Assembly: GCA_965223845.1 (NCBI GenBank)
Contig: CBDCXR010000004.1
Span: forward strand, 1-64,000
Length of the DNA stretch: 64,000 nt
DNA from: Planctomycetota bacterium
GTDB taxonomy: Bacteria; Planctomycetota; UBA8108; SXIK01
Reading direction: 5' to 3'
The notes beneath the pieces were generated by a model. The model saw only the letters and a program-made list of their open reading frames with translations, ran no database searches and was not told the DNA's origin. Below, piece after piece: positions 27,707 to 38,356 of this stretch. How positions within the stretch are numbered: the stretch's first letter is position 1; every line of letters begins with the position of its first letter. Made by a program: the position numbers and the translations under genes.

Positions 27707-29311
27707 ATGTCAAAACAGCTTCTCTACAGCAGCAAGGGCCGGGAAAAACTGACCGAAGGAATGGCTCAGCTCGCTCGCGCCGTCCGCTCGACGCTCGGCC
27801 CGACCGGGAAGAACGTGGTTCTCGAGAAGAGCTTCGGCAGCCCCGTGAGCACGAAGGACGGAGTCTCCGTCTCGAAGGAAATCGAGCTTCCCGACCCGTT
27901 CGAGAACATGGGGGCGAAGCTTCTCAACGAGGTCGCTTCGCGGACGAACGACAACGTCGGCGACGGCACGACGACGGCCGTCGTCCTCGCGAACGCCATG
28001 GTCGAAGAGGGTCAGAAGTACCTCGCCGGAGGCGTCCAAGCGGTCGATCTGCGCCGCGGGATGGAGAAGGCGCTCAAGAAGGTCGTCGCCGTCCTCCAGG
28101 ACCTCAGTCACCCGGTGAAGAACTACACCGAGGTGCGGAACGTCGCGTACATCTCGTCGAACTGCGACCAGGCCATCGCCGACCTCCTCGCCGAAGCCAT
28201 GGAGAAGGTCGGCAAGGACGGCGTCATCACGATCGAGGAGAACAAGGGTACCGACACCTACCTCGATCTCGTTCAAGGGCTGCAGTTCGATAAGGGGTAC
28301 ATCTCCCCTTACTTCATCACCGATCCGAAGACGATGTCGGTGGAGTTCGAGAACCCGCTGATTCTCTTCTACGAGAAGAAGCTGACCGATCTCCGCGACT
28401 TGATCCCGTTTCTCGAGAAGCTGGCCACCCAGGGTCGACCGCTCGTCATCTGTGCGGAAGACGTCGAAGGTGAAGTTCTGACCGCGCTCGTGATCAATAA
28501 GCTGCAGGGTGTCCTCCGGGTCGCGGCCGTGAAGGCGCCGGGCTTCGGCGATCGGCGAAAGAATCTCCTCGAGGACATGGCGATCCTCACTGGAGGCAAG
28601 CTGATCTCGGAGGATCTCGGCATCTCGGCGGGACAGATCGAGATCGCGCATCTCGGCTCCGCGAAGAAGATCGAGATCACGAAGGACAAGACGACGATCA
28701 TCCGCGGCGGGGGCGCGAAGGCGGCCGTCCAGGAGCGCATCGATCAGATCAACGCTCAGATCGAGCAGACCACGTCGACGTACGACAAGGAGAAGCTCAC
28801 GGAGCGGAAGGCGAAGCTCGCCGAAGGGATCGGAGTCCTCTACATCGGCGGACACACCGAGACCGAAATGAAGGAGCGCAAGGACCGCGCGACGGACGCT
28901 CTCCACGCGACACGCGCGGCCATCGAAGAGGGAATCGTTCCCGGAGGTGGTACGGCGTACCTGCGCGCCCTCGCGGAGCTCGAAGGCTTCAAGGCTCGCG
29001 GCGACGAGCAGTACGGCGTCGAGGTGATCCGCGCGGCGCTCGAGGAGCCGCTCCGGCGAATCGCCGAGAACGGCGGGCTCGACGGCGGCGAGGTCGTCGC
29101 CGAGGCCTACGAACGGAAGGGAAACGTGGGCTTCGACGCGCGAAGCGGCGAGTTCACCGACCTCGTCAAGGCGGGGATCATCGATCCCGCGAAGGTCGCG
29201 ATCACCTCGCTCCAAAATGCCGTCAGCGCCGCGTCTCTCAACCTGACGACGGATGTTCTCATTACCGAGCTCGACAAAAAGGAGGATCCGGCGCACGGGG
29301 CAGTCAGCTAG
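27707..29311 (+). CDS. groEL: Chaperonin GroEL, paralog 2 (no GGM tail)
   Basis: TLGP, TKDG, GDGTTT, VKAPGFGDRRK, DALHATRAAIEEGIVPGGG, GIIDP. Confidence 0.95.
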   Translation: MSKQLLYSSKGREKLTEGMAQLARAVRSTLGPTGKNVVLEKSFGSPVSTKDGVSVSKEIELPDPFENMGAKLLNEVASRTNDNVGDGTTTAVVLANAMVEEGQKYLAGGVQAVDLRRGMEKALKKVVAVLQDLSHPVKNYTEVRNVAYISSNCDQAIADLLAEAMEKVGKDGVITIEENKGTDTYLDLVQGLQFDKGYISPYFITDPKTMSVEFENPLILFYEKKLTDLRDLIPFLEKLATQGRPLVICAEDVEGEVLTALVINKLQGVLRVAAVKAPGFGDRRKNLLEDMAILTGGKLISEDLGISAGQIEIAHLGSAKKIEITKDKTTIIRGGGAKAAVQERIDQINAQIEQTTSTYDKEKLTERKAKLAEGIGVLYIGGHTETEMKERKDRATDALHATRAAIEEGIVPGGGTAYLRALAELEGFKARGDEQYGVEVIRAALEEPLRRIAENGGLDGGEVVAEAYERKGNVGFDARSGEFTDLVKAGIIDPAKVAITSLQNAVSAASLNLTTDVLITELDKKEDPAHGAVS

Positions 29312-29338
29312 CCCGCGATCCTTGAACCGGCGGTTCCG

Positions 29339-29376
29339 GCGAGACGACACGGAGTCGACGCTCCGTGTCGTCTCGC
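29339..29376 (+). terminator. Strong hairpin after groEL2
   Basis: GCGAGACGACACGGAG-tcgacg-CTCCGTGTCGTCTCGC, 16-bp stem; weak U tract. Confidence 0.55.
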
Positions 29377-29655
29377 TTGCGCTGCGGCGATCGCCGCAGC
29401 GGGATGAGTCTTGGCTGAACACTTCGCGCCGCCGGTGCCGAAACGATGGACGAGGCGCGGACGACTTCGCGACGGATTTCGGACCGCCCTTCCGGCCGCT
29501 TCGCGTAGGATCGCTCGACGCAAAGACGGTCCGATATCCCCGAGTTGGATCAACCGAGAGCAGGTGTCCGGGGCCGGAGAGCTGAAGCTCGCCGAGAATC
29601 TTCGCGTCGCCGAACGGGAGTGGAGAGCGACGAGGCTACGAAAGTGAAGACGTCG

Positions 29656-30783
29656 ATGTCACAGCGGGACTACTACGAGGTCTTGGGCGTCGAGCGGTCG
29701 GCGGACGACGAGGAGATCAAGCGCGCCTACCGCCAGCTCGCACTCAAGTACCATCCCGACAAGAATCCGGACAACCCGGAGGCCTCCGCGATGTTCAAGG
29801 AGGTCTCGGAGGCCTATGGGGTTCTCAGCGACGCGCAGAAGCGCAGTCTCTACGATCAGTACGGACACGAGGGACTGACCGCGCGCGGCTCGCAGCCGAA
29901 CTTTTCGAACACCGACGATATCTTCCGGCACTTCAGCGACATCTTCTCCGACTCCTTGTTCGAGGGGTTCTTCGGCGGTGGCCGCCGCTCGTCGCGGCGC
30001 GGCGGCGCCAACCTTCGCGTTCAGGTCGAGCTTTCGCTCGAAGAGGCCGCGACCGGAGTCTCCCGAGCGATCGAGCTTCGTCGCCAGGTCGAATGCGACA
30101 AGTGCGGCGGCAGCGGAAGTCGGAGCGGGAACGTGAGGCCGTGCTCGACGTGCGAAGGCCGGGGGGAGGTCGAGTCGGTGCAGGGATTCTTCGCCGTGCG
30201 CCGCGCTTGTCCCCAGTGCCGGGGTGAAGGCGAGGTCGTCGAGGACGCCTGCTCGACGTGTCAAGGCGAGGGGCGACGCGCCGGCAGTCGGGAAGTCGAG
30301 ATTCAGATCCCCGCGGGCGTGCACGACGGGAACCAGCTGCGGGTCCCGGGCGCCGGAGACTGCGGCGCGCGAGGGGCACCGCCCGGTGACCTCTACTGTC
30401 GCGTCCGCGTGCGCGAGCACCCGTTCTTCGAGAGGATCGACGACGATATCCTCTGCGAGATCCCGGTGTCGTTCGCCGACGTGGCCCTCGGTGCCAAGAT
30501 CGAAGTCCCGACGCTTCTCGACACGGCGAAAGTGACGATCCCGGCGGGCACTCAGAGTGGCGATATCCTCCGCCTCCGGGGCCAGGGGATCCCCAACCTC
30601 AGCGGGCGCGGGAAGGGGAGTCAACTCATCCGGATCGTCGTCGAGACGCCGAAGAAGCTGAACTCGAAGATGCGCGAGCACTTCGAGGAGCTGCGGGCGC
30701 TCGAGGACAAGGTCTCCGGGTCGCAACCGGCGCGGGCGGCGTTTGCGAAGCGACTGAAGAAACACTTCAAGGTTAAGCGCTAA
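29656..30783 (+). CDS. dnaJ: Chaperone DnaJ
   Basis: DYYEVLG, HPD, four CxxCxGxG repeats. Confidence 0.97.
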   Translation: MSQRDYYEVLGVERSADDEEIKRAYRQLALKYHPDKNPDNPEASAMFKEVSEAYGVLSDAQKRSLYDQYGHEGLTARGSQPNFSNTDDIFRHFSDIFSDSLFEGFFGGGRRSSRRGGANLRVQVELSLEEAATGVSRAIELRRQVECDKCGGSGSRSGNVRPCSTCEGRGEVESVQGFFAVRRACPQCRGEGEVVEDACSTCQGEGRRAGSREVEIQIPAGVHDGNQLRVPGAGDCGARGAPPGDLYCRVRVREHPFFERIDDDILCEIPVSFADVALGAKIEVPTLLDTAKVTIPAGTQSGDILRLRGQGIPNLSGRGKGSQLIRIVVETPKKLNSKMREHFEELRALEDKVSGSQPARAAFAKRLKKHFKVKR

Positions 30784-30854
30784 GGGAGTGTCAGTAGTTC
30801 TCTGACGCTGCCTAGGCACCGCGATTGAGCCGCGCACCGAGCGTTGAACTCCAC

Positions 30855-31535
30855 ATGAGCAGCGAAATGGACGAGCAGAAAGCGATCGACCCCGACGGGG
30901 AGTCGACCGAGAGCCCGGCCGCCGCGCCGGATGGTCCGGAGTCACCGGGCCCGAGCGGGGCATCGGGCGAGGAGTCAGCGCCGGCGGATTCCGGCAGCGA
31001 AGGGGAAAGCGATCTCACGCTGCTGCGCGCGAAAGCCGAAGAGCGGGATCGATTCCTCGAGGAGCTCCGCCGCGCCCGAGCGGACTACGAGAATCTCCGG
31101 CGTCGCGTGCGTGAAGAGCGGCCTCACCTCGAGGATCAAGGGAAGCGGAGCGTGCTCGGAGACCTGCTCGAGATTCTCGACAACTTCGACCGAGCCCTCG
31201 CGAGCCTCGGCGAGCCGGGTGGCGACGGGCTTGCCGAAGGCGTTCGCATGATCCACCACCAGCTCGTCGGCGTTCTCGAGAGTCACGGCGTCTCTGAGAT
31301 TCCCGCCGAGAACCAACCCTTCGACCCCGAGGTCCACTCCGCGGTCACGCAGTGCGTCGTCGAGGATCTTCCGAGCGGTCAGATCGTCGCCGTGCTGCAG
31401 AAGGGATACGCTCACGGAGGCGCCGTTCTCCGACCGGCTTCCGTTCAGGTTTCGCACAACCCGGGCGCGAGCGAGAGCGACGAAGCGGGCTCAGAAGCGA
31501 GTGACCCGGACGGGCAGGCGCCCGAGGCAAGCTGA
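30855..31535 (+). CDS. grpE: Nucleotide exchange factor GrpE
   Basis: RARADYENLRRR, DNFDRAL, FDPEVH, QKGY..VLRPASVQV. Confidence 0.95.
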   Translation: MSSEMDEQKAIDPDGESTESPAAAPDGPESPGPSGASGEESAPADSGSEGESDLTLLRAKAEERDRFLEELRRARADYENLRRRVREERPHLEDQGKRSVLGDLLEILDNFDRALASLGEPGGDGLAEGVRMIHHQLVGVLESHGVSEIPAENQPFDPEVHSAVTQCVVEDLPSGQIVAVLQKGYAHGGAVLRPASVQVSHNPGASESDEAGSEASDPDGQAPEAS

Positions 31536-31565
31536 GACGTCGATATTTCCTGGAGACGACGCACC

Positions 31566-31922
31566 GTGCCGACCTACGACTACGAGTGTAGTGCGTGTGG
31601 ACACACCCTCGAGATCTTCCAGAGCATCACGGCCTCGCCGAAGCGAAAATGCCCGCAGTGCGGGAAGCAGAAGCTGAAGCGGCTCCTCGGCTCCGGGGCC
31701 GGGTTCATCTTCCGCGGATCGGGATTCTACGAGACCGACTACCGCAGCTCGGACTACAAGAAGCGCGAGAAGGCGGACTCGGAAGCGGCGAGCGGGACGA
31801 AGGGAGAGGGGGCTAAGTCGGACGGCACCAAATCGAACGGGGCGAAATCGGGCGGCGAAACGTCCGGGACGAGCTCCGGCGGTGGAGAACCCAAGAAGTC
31901 GAGCGGCTCGACCTCGGAGTGA
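31566..31922 (+). CDS. FmdB-family zinc-ribbon protein
   Basis: MPTYDYECSACG..CPQCG..FRGSGFYETDY. Confidence 0.92.
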   Translation: MPTYDYECSACGHTLEIFQSITASPKRKCPQCGKQKLKRLLGSGAGFIFRGSGFYETDYRSSDYKKREKADSEAASGTKGEGAKSDGTKSNGAKSGGETSGTSSGGGEPKKSSGSTSE

Positions 31923-31960
31923 ACGGCGCGGATCTGCTCGCGCAATGACGGAGGGGGGCG

Positions 31961-32179
31961 ATGAAGGAAGGCTTCCGCTGTCCAAAGTGCCGGCGCGCGG
32001 TTCCCAGCGGCGCGCCCGACTTTCCGTTCTGTTCCGAGCGGTGTCGGCTCGTGGATCTCGGTCGCTGGTTCGATGAAGCGTACCGAGTCTCGCGTCCGGT
32101 CATCCCGTCCTTCTACGACGAGTCGCTCTCGGCTGACCTCGATCTCGAACTCGGGGACGGGAGCGACGAGGAAGATTGA
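31961..32179 (+). CDS. yacG: DNA gyrase inhibitor YacG
   Basis: CPKC..FPFCSERCRLVDLGRW..EAY. Confidence 0.92.
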   Translation: MKEGFRCPKCRRAVPSGAPDFPFCSERCRLVDLGRWFDEAYRVSRPVIPSFYDESLSADLDLELGDGSDEED

Positions 32180-32200
32180 CGGGGCGTAAGCCCGGATGAG

Positions 32201-32238
32201 AGCGAGGCGGCGACCGAGCGTTCGGTCGCCGCCTCGCT
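32201..32238. terminator. Hairpin between convergent genes (likely bidirectional terminator)
   Basis: AGCGAGGCGGCGACCGA-gcgt-TCGGTCGCCGCCTCGCT, 17-bp stem. Confidence 0.7.
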
Positions 32239-32285
32239 TCGTGTCCGTCGTCTCCCGGGAGGAGACGAGTTCGGACGATACCGTC

Positions 32286-32885
32286 TTAGCGGACGAGTCC
32301 CTTCGGAAGACCGGTGTCTTCGTCGAAGAGGCTTTCTTCTTTGTTGCGGAAGATTACGGAGCCGTCCGACCCGAGCACGTTGACGCCACCGGGGTGGCCG
32401 TCGCGCGGCTCACCGTCGTCCTCGTACTTATCGTAGTACTTGTCCGAGGAGAGCGAGCGGTTCTTCGCGGTGCTCTTCATCGGGCGCGAGGTCCACGAGT
32501 AGTTGTTCGTGTACTCGTCGAGGACGAACTTGCCGTCCTCATCCGCGTCCGCGGCGATCGCGCCACCGGACGAGCAGGTGAACATCTCCGGCTTGAAGTC
32601 ATCGGGGAAGAACTCGACGAGCTTCTGCAGCGACTCGTGCGCCGCCGGGTCGCGTCCCGTTGCGATCGGGAACTTCTGCGTACGCGTTCTCTGCGCGTAG
32701 AGGAGACACTGCGCGTAGATGTTCTTCAGGTTGTTGGCGCAAGCGACCTTGAACGCCTCCTCGCGACCACTCGAAAGCGACGGCAGGAGCACGCCCGCGA
32801 TGATCCCGATGATCGCGATCACAACGAGCAGCTCGATGAGGGTAAACCCCTTGGACTTGGACTGGCGAAGACGCCCTCGAATCAT
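32286..32885 (-). CDS. Prepilin-type N-terminal methylation protein with H-X9-DG motif
   Basis: KG^[33 protein letters not shown]. Confidence 0.92.
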   Translation of the reverse strand: MIRGRLRQSKSKGFTLIELLVVIAIIGIIAGVLLPSLSSGREEAFKVACANNLKNIYAQCLLYAQRTRTQKFPIATGRDPAAHESLQKLVEFFPDDFKPEMFTCSSGGAIAADADEDGKFVLDEYTNNYSWTSRPMKSTAKNRSLSSDKYYDKYEDDGEPRDGHPGGVNVLGSDGSVIFRNKEESLFDEDTGLPKGLVR

Positions 32886-33511
32886 CGGAACCTCCTGTGC
32901 GGGAAGCGAATTCTGGAATTCTGAGCTAGAGTTTCGAACTGCGGGTTCGGATCGCGGTGCGCGTAACCGCGTCTCTCGATCTCGCGCCGGGTAGCCGCGG
33001 TCATCGCGACCGCGTGACCGCCGTCGTCACTCGGAAGACGGGTCGAACGAGCGGTTGGTTGCAGTTTGGTTGAGGTCGAACCGAAGCACCGCTGGCCCTG
33101 GCGGGCGCCCCACGGGCGGCCCCGGTGCGTCTGGCCCGATTCGGCTCGCGGCCGGGAGTCGCGTGCGGCCGAGCGTCTCTCGGTCGGCAGCCTTCGCGTC
33201 GTCGTAGTCGCGTCCGAGGAGAGACCCGGGAAGCTCGATTCGTTCGAAGCGATGACCTCGGTACTGTTTATCGTAGCAGGTGCCGATGGCACCGACAATA
33301 GCGTCCCTCGCTCGGCGGATCAGCGAGCGGTGTACGGTCGTCGTTGGTGTCGGTTCACCGGTCCCGAGCGGCGGCCCGACCGCCTGCCGCGAAACGATCG
33401 CGGTAGCCGCCCGATTTGGTATCAAAGTTGCGCCGATCGCACCGGCCGAGGCCGGAAACGGGAGCGCGAACTCGAGGGCGCGGTCGACCCCTTCCGGTGG
33501 AACGCGGAGTT

Positions 33512-33540
33512 TTGACAAATTCCCGCGGGATGCCTACAAT
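33512..33540 (+). promoter_or_regulatory. Near-consensus sigma-70 promoter
   Basis: TTGACA, 17 nt spacer, TACAAT. Confidence 0.75.
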
Positions 33541-33798
33541 TGCCGGGTCGCTCGCACGCGTTTAGCGCCGGGTCGACCGAGTGGGCGCTAAGCTCGCGCA
33601 GAATTCCGAGTTACCTCAAGTTACCTTCCTCGATCTCCCCGCCCTTTTCGCGCGACCGGTCGCCCACTTCGACCGCCCTTCGCCGCGGACCGCGATCGCT
33701 CATCGCAGCGGGTTACCTCATACGCCAGTACTCGCTGCTCCGAGAGAGCGAAGTCTCGACTTCGGGCGGCGCGCGCAGACCAACTAAGGAATGAGGCC

Positions 33799-34488
33799 AT
33801 GTTCCACGGTTCCTTCCCGAGATTCACCGCCGTCGCCGCCGTGGCGGCTTTCGTCATCGCGAGCTCCCCGGCGGCCGCGCAGGAAGAATCCGCCGGCGAG
33901 AATCCCTACTGGGTGATCGAGTTCAAGCCCGAGTCGCTCCGCTTCGTGTCGCCAAAGGCCGGCGCCGGAGAGGGGAAGGTCTACTGGTATCTCGTCTACA
34001 CGCTCGAGAACAAGTCCGGCGAGGACCGCGAGGTGTACGTGAATATCTCGGCGAAGATCGACGGCAAGAAGAGCTACACCGATCTCTTCCTTCCGGCGGC
34101 CGAACGTGCCGCTGAACGGCGTGAGAGCCGGCCCCTCTGGGGGAAGACCGACCAGTTCAAGGAACAGCTCAAGCTCCAGCGGGATCCGAAGGATCCGAAG
34201 TATCAGTACACGACCCTGAAGAGCGGCGAGAAGCGTCGTTGCGTCGCGGTCTTCAATCGCGTCGACCCGAATGTGACCACCGTCGAGATCGAGATCGCGG
34301 GACTCTCGAACGAGATTCGCGAGGAGGACGACCCCGACAGTGGCGAGCGCCGGCTCGTCCAGCGCGTCCGGAAGCTGGCCTACGAGAGGAAGGGTGACGA
34401 GTTCGCGATTCCCCTCGATCGCTTTCGGTTCAAGGGCGCGCGGTGGGCGACGCGGGCGATCCCGTATCCACGTCCGGAGGGGAACTGA
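33799..34488 (+). CDS. Secreted hypothetical protein
   Basis: Signal peptide ending AAA-Q; YWYLVYTLENKSG; GAGG RBS. Confidence 0.8.
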   Translation: MFHGSFPRFTAVAAVAAFVIASSPAAAQEESAGENPYWVIEFKPESLRFVSPKAGAGEGKVYWYLVYTLENKSGEDREVYVNISAKIDGKKSYTDLFLPAAERAAERRESRPLWGKTDQFKEQLKLQRDPKDPKYQYTTLKSGEKRRCVAVFNRVDPNVTTVEIEIAGLSNEIREEDDPDSGERRLVQRVRKLAYERKGDEFAIPLDRFRFKGARWATRAIPYPRPEGN

Positions 34489-34803
34489 GACGCGACCCGA
34501 CCGGCGACAACGGCGGTCCCGCGCGACGGATGAACTCGATCAGGAGATTCGTCCGCCGTGCGCCGATCCCGTACCGGCAACCGGCACGGTTCGGGGAGAA
34601 CGAGATTCTTGGGGAGGAAAGACGGCCGGGCGTCGGGGGATGAACATCCGGGGGACAAGGATTAGGCGGATCGACGGTGAGCACGTCGTCTTTCGTGCGG
34701 GTCCGGAGGGAGGGCGCGCGACGCGCGCCGACTTCGATTCCGCCCGCCGGGCGGCTCGAGTCGCCCGCGGTTCCCACGAGAAGCGGTGAAGCGGAGCTAG
34801 ATC

Positions 34804-35085
34804 TTGAACGACCCGCGGGGGGCGCCGGGAGTCCACGTCGAGTTCGTTGACTCGCTCGCCCAGGAAGAGAAAGACCTCCTGGTTTTACGGAAGATCCTCT
34901 ACGAGGGGTCCTGGGATGACATGAAGCGGGACTTGCGCTCCCGCCGCAGCGGAAAGCCGTTTATCTTTAAGCTCAACACGCGAATTGACGAAGATCTGGA
35001 GAGAATCGAGAAGCTCGAGGACTATGAGCAGCAGCACAAGATAAACCTCCTCGCGTATCTCGAAGATAAGCCCGTCGACGCCTGA
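34804..35085 (+). CDS. Small hypothetical helical protein
   Basis: TTG start after GGAG; LYEGSWDDMKRDL..GKPFIFKL..RIDEDLERIEKL. Confidence 0.65.
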   Translation: MNDPRGAPGVHVEFVDSLAQEEKDLLVLRKILYEGSWDDMKRDLRSRRSGKPFIFKLNTRIDEDLERIEKLEDYEQQHKINLLAYLEDKPVDA

Positions 35086-35370
35086 TCGAAGCCCGACTCC
35101 CGCTCAGCGGTGTTCCGCCGCCGGAGGGGAGATCGATCGCTCCGGTCGCTTCTCGGGGTCTCACACATCTGAAATTCCATTCCATCCGAGGGTCACGCCA
35201 GAGACCGCCGCTCCGATATTGCTCGGGGCAGAGCGGTTTCGGTTGTCGATCCGCGCTCTTCCTCCAGTGAATCAGCCGCGTTCGCGCCGGACTCGGGCCC
35301 TGTCCCACCCGGCGGGATTCGTCCCCGAACGGTCGAGTCCGACGCGCGTCTTCCAACAAAGGAGTATTGC

Positions 35371-36627
35371 ATGAACGTGCGGGCGCTATTTCTTCCGGTC
35401 GCCTTTGTTGCGGCAGCCCAGCTGATCGGCTGCCAGGCGCAGCAGAGTGGCCCGACGGAGTCTTCGACCGCGCGCGCCCGGCGCGCCTCGCCGCGGATCT
35501 CCGACGAGATTCTCGCGCAGCACGGCCTCCAGACGCTCTGGTACAACGGCCCCGATCGCGGCGAGCACAAGGTGTTCAACGCCTGGGTGCTCGACGAGGC
35601 ACTCTTCGTCGCGACGCAGCCGGTCTCGGGCAAGCCGGGAAAGCTGAAGAGCATCAACAAGAAGGACGGGATGCCGAACTGGTACTACGAGATCGGCGCG
35701 CCGCTCCAGCACGCCCCGTCGGTGTACCGGTACGCGACGCTCGGTCCCGGCAGCGATCACGAGGTGTACATCTCGCTCGACGACACGGTGCACTGCATCG
35801 GACTCGAGCACGGTCAGCTCCTGTGGAAGAAAACCGCTCCCTACGGCGTGTCGACGCAGGTGGTCGCCGACGCGGACCGGTACTTCGCCGGATCGGAGAG
35901 CGGACAGATCTTCGCTGCGCGCAAGGACAGCGCGGTCGTCGACTGGCAGCATCGAACCGGCGCGTACGTCGAGGCCGACCCGGTGATCGCCGGGACGAGC
36001 CTGTTCGCGGGTTCGACCGACGGTGTGCTCTACGCGCTGTCGCGAACCGCCGGTTACTACCAGGGCTCCTCGTGGCAGTTCCCGACCGGCGCTCGCATCA
36101 CCGCCTCCCCCGTCGTCTTCTCGCAGTGGGTGCTCGCGGGCTCCGCAGACTACAAGCTCTACTGCCTTTCGGCCTCGAACGGCACGAAGCTCTGGGATTT
36201 CCTCGCCGAGGCGCCGATCCTCGAGTCTCCGGTCGTCTACAGCTTTCGCCCCAACCAGGAGTTCGCCTTCTGCATCGGCGTCGACAGCGACCGCGGTCGC
36301 GAGGTGCGCACGCTGTTCGCCGTCCGGCTGCGCGGACGTCGCGGTGAGCGCGGTGGAATCGACGAGTGGCGCTTCGAAGGCGTCTCTCGAGTCGTTTCGT
36401 TGGGGGCGAAGAACCTGTACGTCCTCAGCGACGCGAGCACGACCGGAGATCGTGCGATCGTCGCGCTCGACGTGCTCTCGGGCGAGGAGCGTTTCCGCGT
36501 TCCTGTCGACCCGGGCTTTCTGTTCGTGCCCACGAACGGCGCGGACTTCGGTCGGAACCGCGCGGAGCGGGGAAGGATCTACCTCGTCGGGCACGACGGG
36601 ACGATCCAAACCATCGCCGAGAAATAA
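35371..36627 (+). CDS. PQQ-like beta-propeller lipoprotein (BamB-like)
   Basis: AAGGAG RBS; lipobox LIG-C; repeated GSxDGxLYAL..G...W blades. Confidence 0.85.
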   Translation: MNVRALFLPVAFVAAAQLIGCQAQQSGPTESSTARARRASPRISDEILAQHGLQTLWYNGPDRGEHKVFNAWVLDEALFVATQPVSGKPGKLKSINKKDGMPNWYYEIGAPLQHAPSVYRYATLGPGSDHEVYISLDDTVHCIGLEHGQLLWKKTAPYGVSTQVVADADRYFAGSESGQIFAARKDSAVVDWQHRTGAYVEADPVIAGTSLFAGSTDGVLYALSRTAGYYQGSSWQFPTGARITASPVVFSQWVLAGSADYKLYCLSASNGTKLWDFLAEAPILESPVVYSFRPNQEFAFCIGVDSDRGREVRTLFAVRLRGRRGERGGIDEWRFEGVSRVVSLGAKNLYVLSDASTTGDRAIVALDVLSGEERFRVPVDPGFLFVPTNGADFGRNRAERGRIYLVGHDGTIQTIAEK

Positions 36628-36835
36628 CGCGAGCCGCATCGCTCTCTGCGATGCTGATTCCGCGGGCCACGAAGCCGTCGATCGAGATGCGATCGGCGGC
36701 TTCGTCGTTTTACCGCCGGCGGTCGAGCGACTCGTCGGAGCGGCGCTCGGGCCGCGCCCGGCGCCGGGCGGGCCGTTGCGGGCGGGCCCTAATCGGTCGA
36801 GAATGTCGATCGAACCGATTCGCCGCGGAGACCGC

Positions 36836-38290
36836 ATGCATTTCATCGATCGCTTCGATCGCGACGTGAGCCCGCTTCTCGCCGACGCGTCCCGCGTGCT
36901 CGTCGGCGTTTCGGGTGGGGCGGATTCGATCGCGCTCCTCTCCCTCCTCTCGGAGTGGGCGAGTTCGCGCTCTCGGCCGCTCGCTCTCCTCGTCGGGCAC
37001 GTCCACCACGGGCTTCGCGGCGCGGCCGCCGACGTTGACGCCGCATTCGTCGCGGGCGTCGCGGCCGGGCTCGGCTGTCCGTTTCTCGAGTTCCGCGGCG
37101 ATGCGCGGCTGCTCGCGAAGGAGCTCGGTGCGTCACCCGAGGATGCCGCGCGCGAGCTTCGTCACCGCGCGTTCGAGGCGTGGATTCGCGCCGAGCGCGT
37201 CGACGCGCTCGCGCTCGCGCATCACCGCGACGACCAGGCGGAGACCGTTCTCTTGAGAGCGATCCGCGGCGCGGGGATCGACGGCCTCGCCGGTATGTCT
37301 CGACGGCGCGAGTTCGGACGCGGCACGAACGCCTTCGTCGTTCGCCCTCTCTTCGACTGGGCTAGAGCGGAGGTCGAAGCCTACCTTCGCGACCGCGGCC
37401 TCTCGTGGAGGGAAGACGCGACGAACGCGAGCGACGCGATCCCTCGCAATCGAATCCGCCGGCGCGTCCTTCCGGAGCTCGAGCAGGCCCAACCCGGTGC
37501 GACCCGTTCGCTCGTGCGGCTGGCGGAGTTCGCGCGAGAGACAGCGCGCGATCTCGACGAGCTCGCGGAGGGCGCGGTGCGGAGCTTCGTTCGCCCTTCG
37601 CCTCGTGGCTCGAGCCTGCCGGTCAATGCGCTTCTCGCCTTGCCGGACAGTCTCGCGCGAAGAGTTTTGGAACAGCTCGCCGTCGCCGCCGGGGGAGATC
37701 CTTCGTCGTCCGTGCGCCGGGGTGCGGCGGCCGCGCTGCGCGTTCTCCGCCGAGCGGCAGCGCCGCTCTCGGCCGTGCTCGCTCTCGGGTCACGCGTCGA
37801 CGTACATGTTCGCTACGACCACTTGTACGTGCGTCCGAGACCGGATGGCGCGTCGAGGCTCACCGCTGCGACGCGGTCGATCGATCGCGCCGGGCGAGGG
37901 AGCGCGCGCTGGCGGGACTGGCACGTGAGCGTCCAGCCTCTTGCTCCAGGCGAAGAGTCCGTCGCCATCGCGCCATCTCGCCTCCGGGACGGCATTGTCG
38001 AGCGGTTCGACGCCGACACGATCGGCGCGCTCGGACCGCTGACCCTGCGTGGGCGACGCGCGGGCGATGTATTTCGCGCTCTCGGCGCTCCGGGGCGACA
38101 GAAGCTCAAGGAATTCCTGCGCAGTCAGCGCATTCCGCCGTGCGATCGCGACACGGTGCCGCTCCTCGTCGCAGGCGACACGATCGTGTGGGTCGTCGGG
38201 TGCCGTATCGGGCACGCGGCGCGCTGCCGGCCCGAGACGAAGAGCGTGCTCGCAGTCGAGGCGCACCGCGAGGGCGGTCCGAGTTCGTAG
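36836..38290 (+). CDS. tilS: tRNA(Ile)-lysidine synthetase TilS
   Basis: VSGGADS, HVHHGLR, AHHRDDQAET, VRPL, DATN..RNRIR, KLKEFL..IP..RD.VPL. Confidence 0.95.
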   Translation: MHFIDRFDRDVSPLLADASRVLVGVSGGADSIALLSLLSEWASSRSRPLALLVGHVHHGLRGAAADVDAAFVAGVAAGLGCPFLEFRGDARLLAKELGASPEDAARELRHRAFEAWIRAERVDALALAHHRDDQAETVLLRAIRGAGIDGLAGMSRRREFGRGTNAFVVRPLFDWARAEVEAYLRDRGLSWREDATNASDAIPRNRIRRRVLPELEQAQPGATRSLVRLAEFARETARDLDELAEGAVRSFVRPSPRGSSLPVNALLALPDSLARRVLEQLAVAAGGDPSSSVRRGAAAALRVLRRAAAPLSAVLALGSRVDVHVRYDHLYVRPRPDGASRLTAATRSIDRAGRGSARWRDWHVSVQPLAPGEESVAIAPSRLRDGIVERFDADTIGALGPLTLRGRRAGDVFRALGAPGRQKLKEFLRSQRIPPCDRDTVPLLVAGDTIVWVVGCRIGHAARCRPETKSVLAVEAHREGGPSS

Positions 38291-38356
38291 TGACCTTCCC
38301 GAGTGCGGTGCCGACGAGAATGCGTCGCGCACTTCATCGGTGGAATCTCGGTCGAC

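Noticed and set aside
29312-29655. Possible hidden groES between groEL2 and dnaJ
   Set aside because: No frame shows GroES motifs such as PLxDRV or GGI
33085-33130. c-di-GMP-II riboswitch-like words (GGGCGCC..GGGCCAGCGGTGC) upstream of the prepilin on the minus strand
   Set aside because: The flanking GGAA and AACCG elements and the intervening stem are missing; a simple hairpin explains it
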